A stretch of DNA of 32,000 bases, from positions 900,001 through 932,000 of the forward strand of contig NZ_LT906458.1 in the NCBI RefSeq assembly GCF_900187275.1, read 5' to 3'. Below, one piece after another: positions 1 to 8,608 of this stretch. The notes under the pieces are model-generated. The model did not search any database. It saw nothing but the letters and a program-made list of their open reading frames with translations, and was not told the DNA's origin. This DNA is from Pasteurella multocida. GTDB lineage: Bacteria; Pseudomonadota; Gammaproteobacteria; Enterobacterales; Pasteurellaceae. How positions within the stretch are numbered: position 1 is the stretch's first letter; each line of letters starts with the position of its first letter. A program made the translations under genes and the position numbers.

Positions 1-2082
1 GATATTGATGCTCAACAAGTCACCTCTCAGTTAAAAGCGCAGATAGGGAGTATAAACTCACACTCAACTTCCCCCTTACCACCAATTGATTTTTCTATTC
101 CATTCGTTAACCAATGGCGCGTTGCAGGTATTTCTGAAAAAGGTACCTATATTCCCACACTTGAATTAAGCTTTTTTGAAAAATTTACAGAGCAAAATAC
201 CCTCGCTGCATATAAACAAGACTTGATTCAACAAATCCTGATTCGTCTGATAAATTTACGTTTACAAGATTGGGAACAAGTCAAACAGCAAAAAGTTGAA
301 TCAGCAAATTTTTACCGCACCCATTTAGGAAAAGAAACGCTACAAAATATTTTCTTGCTACAACTTTTTGATACTGACTACCAAAAAGCCACACAATCCT
401 TATTCCAATTTATCGCAGAAATTCAGCAACACGGCTTTTCTGCGCAAGAATTTCAACAAGAAAAAGCGCGGTTAGTCCAATTAAATGAAAAACAACGCAG
501 TCTCAAAGCTGGGAGTTTAAAAATCGCAGATGATCTCGTTATTTCTGCGGCAAATCAGCAAGTCGTGATAAGTCAACAAGATCGATATCGACTCAATCAA
601 CGCTTTTTGCAAGAAATCCGTTTAGAAGAACTGAATCAGGCATTTCAACATCTCATTACTATTCAAGCCAAACTCCTGTTAGTTACTCAACCTTATCCCG
701 CGACACCATTGACGTTAACGGTAAATAAAGTGGCACAGTTGTGGCAAGAAACACAGCATACTGCGCAACATACTTGGCATACACCTAGAACCTCTGGAAA
801 AATGCCTGCATTGTCCTTCCCTAAAGGGCAAATCAAACAAAGCAAACATTGGAAAAAAGGCGATATTACGGAATATCAATTAAGCAATGGAAGCAAATTG
901 ATTTACCATTATAGCGATAAAACACCCAATCAAGTGTATTTTAAAGCTGTTACAGCGGGAGGATTACGTTCTGTAGCCCCTAGTGATTACCATCGCTTTA
1001 AAAGTGCGGTGACATTAACTGATGATTCTGGTATTGGTCCATTAAGCTTGTCGGAAATCAATGATTTATTTCGCCAGCATCCTATCGCATTGGCGACTGT
1101 AGTTGATGACTATAAACAAGGTTTTACCGCAGTAGGAAAACCCGAACAAATGGCTGATTTACTCAAATTATTTCGCTTGAAATTACAAGGAACAGCAATT
1201 AGCGAACCCGTTTTTGAACGTTACCAAAAAGAAACTCAAGATTATTTCCGTCAAGTAGATAAAGAAACGGAATTTATGCAAAAATTATCACGTTTACGTT
1301 ATCCCAACATGGCCACAGTGTATAGCCAAAATAAAAAAGAAGCCTTATCGTTTTCTCGTCAGGAACTCACCCAATTCTATGACTCGGTGATGTTAGATAA
1401 AACGGATTTCACATATTTTCTTATTGGCGATCTCCCTCAACAAGAGGCAGAAAAGCTGGCACAAACGTATTTAGCCTCAGTAGAGATCAAACACTCACCT
1501 CGTCATTATTACGATAGTTCGCCTATCACACCCGCCAATCATTTTGTCATGCATGGCTTAGATGAACCACGTGCTGATGTCGAGATTTATTTCAGTACAC
1601 CGAATCAATGGACACCTGAACTACAATATCAGTTAGATCTCTTAGCAGATGTACTGCAAGAAGTGCTTCGCTTAACACTGCGAGAACAATCATCAGGTAT
1701 CTATGCTGTGAATAGTTGGTTTAATCAAGAAAAATCACATGCGCGCCTAGAGGGGAAAATTGAATTCAGTTGCGCCCCTGATCGCGTGGCAGAACTGACC
1801 GCACAAACGTACCATATTTTAGATGAAATCATGCAAAAAGGCGTTTCCGCCAGCTTATTAGAAAAGAAACGAAGTGAGAAACAAACACAAATCAAATTCC
1901 AATTTGATTCATTAGTGTCTATTGCCATGCTAATTGAACAAAGCTTTTGGCATACTCAAAGTCCAGATGAAATTTATCTGTATCAAAGACTCGAAGACAT
2001 TGGACAAAAAAAATACATAGATAATCTCGCAAGAAAAATATTTCAGCCAAATGCACGTTTTCAAGCCATCTTGCAGCCTTAA
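1..2082 (+). CDS. M16-family (insulinase/pitrilysin, PqqL-like) zinc metallopeptidase, C-terminal part; 5' end outside window
   Basis: Frame 1 is open from base 1 (DIDAQQVTSQLKAQIGS...) and continuous with the 223..2082 ORF; FxxxLxxLRYPNMATVYSQN and LREQSSGIYAVNSWFNQEKSHARLEGKIEFSCAP are typical of M16 C-terminal domains. Confidence 0.85.
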   Translation, partial: DIDAQQVTSQLKAQIGSINSHSTSPLPPIDFSIPFVNQWRVAGISEKGTYIPTLELSFFEKFTEQNTLAAYKQDLIQQILIRLINLRLQDWEQVKQQKVESANFYRTHLGKETLQNIFLLQLFDTDYQKATQSLFQFIAEIQQHGFSAQEFQQEKARLVQLNEKQRSLKAGSLKIADDLVISAANQQVVISQQDRYRLNQRFLQEIRLEELNQAFQHLITIQAKLLLVTQPYPATPLTLTVNKVAQLWQETQHTAQHTWHTPRTSGKMPALSFPKGQIKQSKHWKKGDITEYQLSNGSKLIYHYSDKTPNQVYFKAVTAGGLRSVAPSDYHRFKSAVTLTDDSGIGPLSLSEINDLFRQHPIALATVVDDYKQGFTAVGKPEQMADLLKLFRLKLQGTAISEPVFERYQKETQDYFRQVDKETEFMQKLSRLRYPNMATVYSQNKKEALSFSRQELTQFYDSVMLDKTDFTYFLIGDLPQQEAEKLAQTYLASVEIKHSPRHYYDSSPITPANHFVMHGLDEPRADVEIYFSTPNQWTPELQYQLDLLADVLQEVLRLTLREQSSGIYAVNSWFNQEKSHARLEGKIEFSCAPDRVAELTAQTYHILDEIMQKGVSASLLEKKRSEKQTQIKFQFDSLVSIAMLIEQSFWHTQSPDEIYLYQRLEDIGQKKYIDNLARKIFQPNARFQAILQP

Positions 2083-2238
2083 TAATATTTAAACGCTATT
2101 TTAATATGTTTATTTATGTTAAGATCATCCTGACTTATTTTCTTGTATAACAAAATTTTTAATTAAATATATTTAATTAAAAATAAAATTAATAAAATGT
2201 TAATAAATTTAAAATATGGTTAAATTATAAACAAAAAC

Positions 2239-2254
2239 TGTGATGGATATCACA
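2239..2254. promoter_or_regulatory. CRP-like binding site TGTGATGGATATCACA
   Basis: Exact match to TGTGA-N6-TCACA, 105 bp upstream of the leader ORF. Confidence 0.7.
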
Positions 2255-2359
2255 AATAAAAAAATTTATCTTGAAAAGATAAGGGAAATTAGCGAGACTA
2301 ATGACTAAATGAAAGTAAGGCAATCTAATGTTAAATAAATAATACACTTGGAGAGTTTT

Positions 2360-2521
2360 ATGTTAATACACGACTACTACAAAGAATATCATCCTGATAA
2401 AGGACGTTCCATTATGGCACATATTCGTAGAACAAGACATATTATGATGCCTTCGTATCGCTCTTGTTTTTCTTATTCAATCTTCAATTCCCAAATATCC
2501 TCATCTCATTACGCTCGCTGA
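2360..2521 (+). CDS. speFL: SpeFL-type ornithine-sensing leader (arrest) peptide, 53 aa, upstream of speF
   Basis: Translates to MLIHDYYKEYHPDKGRSIMAHIRRTRHIMMPSYRSCFSYSIFNSQISSSHYAR*. GGAGAG ribosome-binding site a few nt upstream. MAHIRRTRHIM and YRSCFSYSIFNS align with E. coli SpeFL MPHIRRTTHIM...HRNSFDFHFFNAR. Positioned directly upstream of speF. Confidence 0.9.
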   Translation: MLIHDYYKEYHPDKGRSIMAHIRRTRHIMMPSYRSCFSYSIFNSQISSSHYAR

Positions 2522-2805
2522 GTGTAGCATCTAGAACTATCCTGCACCCTTTCGTACAGGCGAGTTGCTATTTTTTAAATATAACTTGGCGTTTAAGAAT
2601 TTATTATTATTTTCTTATGCTTTTCTGTTGTATTTAAAATCACACATTATCATTAAAAAATAATTAATATATTTTTTAGTCCAACTCTTATTATCTAAAT
2701 ATAAATAATAAGAACTGAATTAATCAAAATATTAATTAAAATCCTGATCCGCCATTTAATAATAGCGGAGGGAATTTTATTACTTAAATAAACAAGGAGT
2801 CATCT
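2522..2805 (+). promoter_or_regulatory. speFL-speF intergenic regulatory leader, putative attenuation/Rho-dependent termination region
   Basis: 284 nt between leader stop and speF start; C-rich stretch CTATCCTGCACCCTTTCG; hairpin-capable arms TAGCA(2525-2529)/TGCTA(2566-2570) followed by TTTTTT. Confidence 0.5.
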
Positions 2806-4968
2806 ATGCTAAATTTAAAAATTGCATATAGCCCATTAATTCGACCTTATTTTCATACAAATAGAGAACTCGTTTCTGTTCAAGAAACAGATTTCACCGA
2901 CATTGGTGCAATTATCCTGAGTTCTGAAGATATTGAAGATTATATTGATAGTATACAAGCAACTGAATTTAATATTCCGGTCTTTGTTGCTGTCATTGAA
3001 GGTCAATTTTTAGATCCTCAATTCTTTGACAAAGTCTATCACGTTCAAGATCTCAACAACTACGACATCAACCTATACAGTCGCCAAATTGAAACTGCGG
3101 CGCGGTTTTACGAAGAAAAAATCCTCCCACCTTTCTTTAAAATGCTAAGTGAATATGTGGAAATGGGGAATTCTGCTTTTGATTGTCCAGGACACCAAGG
3201 TGGACAATATTTCCGTAAACATCCTGCAGGACGTTATCTCTATGATTTCTACGGTGAAAATATTTTCCGCTCAGATATCTGTAATGCCGATGTAAAATTA
3301 GGCGATTTGCTAATCCATGAAGGAGCCGCTTGTGATGCTCAAAAACACGCTGCTCAAGTCTTTAATGCTGATAAAACCTACTTCGTCTTAAATGGGACAT
3401 CTTCTGCAAATAAAGTCGTCACCAATGCGTTACTCACACCGGGTGATCTTGTGCTCTTTGATCGTAACAATCACAAATCTATCCATCATGGTGCATTAAT
3501 TCAAGCTGGTGCTACGCCTGTTTATTTGGAAACTGCGCGTAATCCATTTGGTTTTATCGGCGGGATCGATAGCCATTGTTTTGATGAAGATTATTTGAAA
3601 TCTTTAATTAAAGATGTTGCGCCTGAAAAATTAACACAAGCACGTCCTTTCCGTTTAGCCGTCATTCAGCTCGGCACTTATGACGGAACCATCTATAATG
3701 CGCGCCAAGTCGTAGATAAAATTGGTCATTTATGTGACTACATCTTGTTTGATTCTGCGTGGGTAGGTTATGAACAATTCATTCCAATGATGAAAGATTG
3801 CTCACCGCTCTTGCTTGAATTAAATGAAAATGATCCCGGCATCATCGTGACACAATCAGTACACAAACAACAAGCCGGCTTCTCACAAGCTTCACAAATT
3901 CATAAAAAAGACAAGCACATTAAAGGTCAACAGCGCTACTGTAATCATAAACGCTTTAATAATGCATTCATGTTACACGCCTCCACCAGCCCATTCTACC
4001 CTCTTTTTGCCACACTTGATGTCAATGCAAAAATTCAAGGTACCCCTGCGGGTATTCGTTTATGGCATGACTGTGTCAAAATCGGGATAGAAGCACGTAA
4101 AATGGTGCTGAATAGTTGTGATCTGATCAAACCGTTTATTCCGCCTTATGTCAATGGCAAAAAATGGCAAGACTACGATACAGAAGAAATGGCAAATGAT
4201 TTAACATTCTTCAAATTCCATGCTGATGATAAATGGCATCAATTTGAAGGTTATGTAGATAACCAATATTTTGTTGATCCATGTAAATTCATGCTAACGA
4301 CGCCGGGTATTGATATTGAAACAGGTGAATACGAAGACTTCGGTGTCCCTGCTACGATTCTTGCTAATTATTTACGTGAAAACGGCATTATTCCGGAAAA
4401 ATGTGACTTAAACTCAATTCTCTTCTTATTAACGCCAGCAGAAACCCTCACCAAAATGCAAAGTTTGGTTGCACAAATTGCGGCATTTGAACAACACATC
4501 AAAAAAGATTCCTTGTTAAAAGAAGTCTTACCAAGTGTTTATTACAACAATGAAAAACGCTATGAAGGTTATACCATCCGTCGTCTTTGCCAAGAAATGC
4601 ATGATTTGTATGTCAGCCGTAACGTGAAAACTTTACAACGCAACTTATTCAGAAAAGCAACCTTGCCTGAATATGTGATGAATCCACATCAAGCTAATCT
4701 TGAATTTGTTCGTAATCGTGTAGAACTGGTTCCACTAACCGAAATCGTTAATCGCATTGCGGCAGAAGGAGCACTTCCTTATCCACCGGGTGTGCTTTGT
4801 GTCGTACCGGGTGAAAAATGGAGTCAGACTGCACAGGAATATTTCTTAGCACTCGAAGAAGGCATCAATTTATTACCAGGTTTCGCACCAGAAATTCAAG
4901 GGGTATATCTACAACAAGATGCAGATGGACGTATTCGTGCTTATGGCTACGTATTAACTGAAAACTAA
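2806..4968 (+). CDS. speF: inducible ornithine decarboxylase
   Basis: 720 aa; full-length Orn/Lys/Arg decarboxylase (fold I PLP) with SxHKQQAGFSQASQIHKKD PLP-lysine motif and NSAFDCPGHQGGQYFRKHPAG; followed by potE. Confidence 0.97.
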   Translation: MLNLKIAYSPLIRPYFHTNRELVSVQETDFTDIGAIILSSEDIEDYIDSIQATEFNIPVFVAVIEGQFLDPQFFDKVYHVQDLNNYDINLYSRQIETAARFYEEKILPPFFKMLSEYVEMGNSAFDCPGHQGGQYFRKHPAGRYLYDFYGENIFRSDICNADVKLGDLLIHEGAACDAQKHAAQVFNADKTYFVLNGTSSANKVVTNALLTPGDLVLFDRNNHKSIHHGALIQAGATPVYLETARNPFGFIGGIDSHCFDEDYLKSLIKDVAPEKLTQARPFRLAVIQLGTYDGTIYNARQVVDKIGHLCDYILFDSAWVGYEQFIPMMKDCSPLLLELNENDPGIIVTQSVHKQQAGFSQASQIHKKDKHIKGQQRYCNHKRFNNAFMLHASTSPFYPLFATLDVNAKIQGTPAGIRLWHDCVKIGIEARKMVLNSCDLIKPFIPPYVNGKKWQDYDTEEMANDLTFFKFHADDKWHQFEGYVDNQYFVDPCKFMLTTPGIDIETGEYEDFGVPATILANYLRENGIIPEKCDLNSILFLLTPAETLTKMQSLVAQIAAFEQHIKKDSLLKEVLPSVYYNNEKRYEGYTIRRLCQEMHDLYVSRNVKTLQRNLFRKATLPEYVMNPHQANLEFVRNRVELVPLTEIVNRIAAEGALPYPPGVLCVVPGEKWSQTAQEYFLALEEGINLLPGFAPEIQGVYLQQDADGRIRAYGYVLTEN

Positions 4969-4980
4969 ATCATTAACTAA

Positions 4981-5010
4981 AAAAGTACAGTATGCATTTA
5001 CTGTACTTTT
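4981..5010 (+). terminator. intra-operon hairpin between speF and potE (AAAAGTACAGTA-TGCATT-TACTGTACTTTT)
   Basis: Perfect 12-bp inverted repeat, 6-nt loop, ends with TTTT 14 nt before the potE ATG. Confidence 0.6.
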
Positions 5011-5024
5011 ATGAGGATACAATT

Positions 5025-6338
5025 ATGAGTGCAAGAAATAATAAAATTGGTGTTGTTCAACTCACTATTCTTACTATGGTTAACATGATGGGCTCAGGCA
5101 TCATTATGTTACCCACAAAATTGGCAGAAATTGGTACCATTTCAATCTTATCGTGGTTAGTAACTGCCGTTGGTTCTACTGCACTGGCTTATGCCTTCGC
5201 ACAATGTGGTATGTTTAGCAAAAAATCCGGTGGTATGGGTGGCTATGCCGAATATGCTTTCGGTAAAGCAGGGAATTTCATGGCGAACTATACTTATGGT
5301 GTTTCATTGGTCATTGCTAACACAGCCATTGCGATTTCCGCAGTAGGTTATGGTTCCGAATTACTTGAGGTAAGCCTCTCCCCTGTTGCGATCGCTGGCT
5401 GGACAATTATCACTTTATGGCTTGCGACGTCCCTTAACTTTGGGGGAGCTCGTATTACAGGTAATATTAGTTCATTTACCATTTGGGGTGTCATTATTCC
5501 GGTGGTTGGTTTATGCATTATTGGCTGGAAATGGTTTGATGCCGACATGTATATCAATGCTTGGAACCCACATCATGTGCCGACGTTTGAAGCAATTGGG
5601 GTGTCTATTTCCATGACATTATGGGCATTCCTTGGCTTAGAATCTGCCTGTGCAAATACCGATGTGGTCGAAAATCCAGAACGTAACGTACCCATTGCGG
5701 TACTCGGCGGCACCTTAGGCGCAGCCGCGATCTATATCGTGTCAACCAATGTGATTGCCGGTATTGTACCGAATATGGATTTGGCTAATTCAACCGCGCC
5801 TTTCGGATTAGCTTTTGCTCATATGTTTAATGAAACAACGGGTAAAATTGTGATGGGCTTGATGGTACTCTCTTGCTTTGGTTCACTCCTCGGCTGGCAG
5901 TTCACCATTGCTCAAGTCTTCAGAAGCTCTGCTGAAGAAGGCTATTTCCCTGCCTTTTTCAAGAAAGTAACAAGCAAAGATGCACCAATCATCGGCATGG
6001 TGACAATTACAGTGATTCAAAGCTTGTTATCCTTAATGACGATCAGTCCATCCTTAAACAAACAATTTAATGTATTAGTGGATCTTGCCGTCGTCACGAA
6101 CGTTATCCCTTATATTCTTTCGATGGCTGCATTAATGGTGTTACAAAAAGTGGAAAAAGTCCCGGCACAGAAAGCAAAAATCACGACATTTGTCGCCTTT
6201 ATTGGCTCCGTGTACAGTATTTATGCACTCTATGCGGCAGGACAAGAACCGATGTTATATGGTTCAATTGCCACCTTTATTGGTTGGACACTATATGGTT
6301 TTGTGTCAGATAAATTTGATATAAAAGCCAAAGTCTAG
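5025..6338 (+). CDS. potE: putrescine-ornithine antiporter
   Basis: Starts MSARNNKIGVVQLTILTMVNMMGSGIIMLPTKLAEIG; APC-family transporter directly after speF. The ORF-track start at 4992 lies in the hairpin; GAGG ribosome-binding site precedes ATG 5025. Confidence 0.93.
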   Translation: MSARNNKIGVVQLTILTMVNMMGSGIIMLPTKLAEIGTISILSWLVTAVGSTALAYAFAQCGMFSKKSGGMGGYAEYAFGKAGNFMANYTYGVSLVIANTAIAISAVGYGSELLEVSLSPVAIAGWTIITLWLATSLNFGGARITGNISSFTIWGVIIPVVGLCIIGWKWFDADMYINAWNPHHVPTFEAIGVSISMTLWAFLGLESACANTDVVENPERNVPIAVLGGTLGAAAIYIVSTNVIAGIVPNMDLANSTAPFGLAFAHMFNETTGKIVMGLMVLSCFGSLLGWQFTIAQVFRSSAEEGYFPAFFKKVTSKDAPIIGMVTITVIQSLLSLMTISPSLNKQFNVLVDLAVVTNVIPYILSMAALMVLQKVEKVPAQKAKITTFVAFIGSVYSIYALYAAGQEPMLYGSIATFIGWTLYGFVSDKFDIKAKV

Positions 6339-6361
6339 TTCCGCAGATAAGCTATTCTCTC

Positions 6362-6392
6362 AAAGTGCGATTTATTTCTTAAATCGCACTTT
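6362..6392 (+). terminator. Rho-independent terminator after potE, built on a near-USS repeat
   Basis: AAAGTGCGATTT-atttctt-AAATCGCACTTT followed by TTTT. Confidence 0.85.
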
Positions 6393-6463
6393 TTTATAGC
6401 AATTCAATCTATCAAAGCAATTTCTCCTAGCCTTTTAATATAATTAAGGTATAATTTTCGATC

Positions 6464-6479
6464 GCGTAAACGTTTGCTC
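6464..6479. promoter_or_regulatory. LacI/PurR-type operator-like site upstream of argF (GCGTAAACGTTTGCTC)
   Basis: 12/16 match to the PurR consensus ACGCAAACGTTTGCGT; lies just downstream of a TATAAT hexamer (6450-6455). Confidence 0.45.
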
Positions 6480-6520
6480 AAAATCCTACTATAAATTATC
6501 AATTCAAATGAGGAGAATAT

Positions 6521-7525
6521 ATGCCACTCAATTTACGTCATCGTCATTTCTTGCGTTTAATGGATTTCACGCCAACCGAAATTCAATTCCTACTCGACCT
6601 CTCTGCCAACTTAAAAAAAGCAAAATATACCGGAACAGAACAACCTCGTTTGAAAGGGAAAAATATTGCCTTAATTTTTGAGAAAACGTCAACACGCACG
6701 CGCTGTTCATTTGAAGTGGCAGCGTATGATCAAGGGGCAAATGTCACTTATATCGGTCCAAGTGGTTCACAAATTGGTCATAAAGAATCAATGAAAGACA
6801 CGGCTCGAGTTTTAGGCCGTATGTATGACGGAATTCAATATCGTGGTTATGGACAGGAATTAGTCGAGATTCTCGCACAGTACTCAGGCGTTCCTGTTTG
6901 GAATGGGTTAACTGATGATTTTCATCCAACACAAATTCTTGCTGATTTTCTGACAATGTTAGAACACGGTGAAGGCAAACGTCTTAATCAAATGAAAATG
7001 GCCTATTTGGGTGATGCCAGAAATAACATGGGAAATTCTTTTGTTGAAGGTGCGGCATTAATGGGCATGGATCTCCGTTTAGTCGCGCCTAAAGCCTATT
7101 GGCCAGAACAAAAACTGCTTGATGAGGTCGCAGAAATGGCGAAGAAAACTGGCGCAAAAATTACCTGTACAGAAAACGTAGAGGAAGGGGTGAAAGGTGT
7201 TGATTTCCTTTACACCGATATTTGGGTCTCCATGGGCGAGCCTGAAGAAGCCTGGGAACAGCGCATTAACTTAATGAAACCATACCAAGTCAACAAGGCG
7301 TTACTTGAAAAAACAGGTAATCCAAAAGTGAAATTTATGCACTGTTTGCCTGCTTTCCACGATGAAAATACAACGGTCGGTAAAGAAATGGCGCAAAAAT
7401 ATGGTATGAACGGTCTTGAAGTCACCGATGAGGTATTTGAATCAGATGCCTCCATCGTGTTTGATGAAGCAGAAAACCGTATGCATACAATTAAAGCAGT
7501 GATGGTGGCAACGTTAGGTCAGTAA
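6521..7525 (+). CDS. argF: ornithine carbamoyltransferase
   Basis: 334 aa; [15 protein letters not shown] carbamoyl-phosphate motif, [21 protein letters not shown] ornithine loop. Could equally be annotated arcB. Confidence 0.93.
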   Translation: MPLNLRHRHFLRLMDFTPTEIQFLLDLSANLKKAKYTGTEQPRLKGKNIALIFEKTSTRTRCSFEVAAYDQGANVTYIGPSGSQIGHKESMKDTARVLGRMYDGIQYRGYGQELVEILAQYSGVPVWNGLTDDFHPTQILADFLTMLEHGEGKRLNQMKMAYLGDARNNMGNSFVEGAALMGMDLRLVAPKAYWPEQKLLDEVAEMAKKTGAKITCTENVEEGVKGVDFLYTDIWVSMGEPEEAWEQRINLMKPYQVNKALLEKTGNPKVKFMHCLPAFHDENTTVGKEMAQKYGMNGLEVTDEVFESDASIVFDEAENRMHTIKAVMVATLGQ

Positions 7526-7549
7526 GACGTTGTTCTTCTCATAAAAAAT

Positions 7550-7576
7550 CCCCAAAAATGCACCGCACTTTTGGGG
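7550..7576. terminator. terminator hairpin between convergent argF and virK/ybjX-like gene
   Basis: CCCCAAAA ... TTTTGGGG stem with A/T flanks; loop carries a perfect USS (ACCGCACTT, 7562-7570). Confidence 0.8.
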
Positions 7577-7594
7577 TTTTATTTTTAGTATCGG

Positions 7595-8467
7595 CTATGA
7601 AAGCTGTGTTGTGATTTGTTCCAACGCGTTATCAAACATCTCATAGCGTTTTCGATACATAGAACGTTTTTTACTTTGAATGTCTTCTAGCGGTTTTCGT
7701 TCAACATCAGCAGGAAGACACCAATATTCACCTTGTTTTACCGCATCATTTTCTTGCCAAAACTCATCGTAATTAAATAATAACCGCTCCGAATCATTCC
7801 AACGGTATTTTGCTTGCTGACGATGCGGAATCCCTAGTAATTGACAATCGAGTTGTTGAGCAAGAAAACGAAATCCATTCACGAGCATAAACATTGGGCG
7901 AACACCGTGTAGTTGCTTGGTTCCTACACGCACAATCTCTTGTGCATGTTCCCCTTTTGGTCCCTGAATAGAAGCGATTAATAGCTGCTTCTCTGACAAA
8001 AACGTAAACGAGGCATCATAAACACTTTGCTTTGTTTCTGTATTTTGGATATTTAAAGAGAAAAAGCCTTCAAAGGGATCAATCGTATTAATATTCAAAT
8101 TTAAGCTGAGTGAATCAGTGAGCGTAGCGAGTGTAAGCGTGCCTTTTGCCAATAAATGCTGACAACGTTCAACACCGAACTTCGCTGTCGCAACCATTAA
8201 ATTTGTTGTGATCGCCTGAAGTCGCTGTGAGCCTCCCCAGCGGCGATTACAATAGGTTGATAGTAAACCATTGACACGATAAGGATGCTGTTGAAATAGC
8301 GGTATCCAAAGGGGATGTTGATTTAAAAACTGATCAAACTGCCCACATTGTTTATGATAAAGTCGATACGCATATTGATAACGTAAATATTCTCTAAAAC
8401 GCTTTAATTTACGTTTTTCATGAGGGTACATTTGACTAAAATTGGGAAAAGAAAAAGCAGGTTGCAT
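7595..8467 (-). CDS. VirK/YbjX (DUF535) family protein
   Basis: 290 aa; ASIQGPKGEHAQEIVRVGTKQLHGVRPMFMLVNGFRFLAQQL is characteristic of the DUF535 family. Confidence 0.8.
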   Translation of the reverse strand: MQPAFSFPNFSQMYPHEKRKLKRFREYLRYQYAYRLYHKQCGQFDQFLNQHPLWIPLFQQHPYRVNGLLSTYCNRRWGGSQRLQAITTNLMVATAKFGVERCQHLLAKGTLTLATLTDSLSLNLNINTIDPFEGFFSLNIQNTETKQSVYDASFTFLSEKQLLIASIQGPKGEHAQEIVRVGTKQLHGVRPMFMLVNGFRFLAQQLDCQLLGIPHRQQAKYRWNDSERLLFNYDEFWQENDAVKQGEYWCLPADVERKPLEDIQSKKRSMYRKRYEMFDNALEQITTQLS

Positions 8468-8565
8468 AACAATATCGCTACGTGAGATGAATTTATGGCG
8501 GGCGATCTTAACAAAAAGCCCTTATCCTTTCAATAAATAAGGTCATATTCCCCATTTGAAAAGAA

Positions 8566-8593
8566 AACAGCGAGACTATTCTCGCTGTTTTCA
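8566..8593 (-). terminator. terminator downstream of the tyrP-like gene
   Basis: AAAACAGCGAGA-ctat-TCTCGCTGTTTT, 12-bp perfect stem. Confidence 0.8.
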
Positions 8594-8608
8594 GCATAAT
8601 AAACTCAC

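Noticed and set aside
4992-5024. Extended potE N-terminus (MHLLYFYEDTI)
   Set aside because: Translates the intergenic hairpin; ATG 5025 has GAGG upstream and gives the expected PotE N-terminus.
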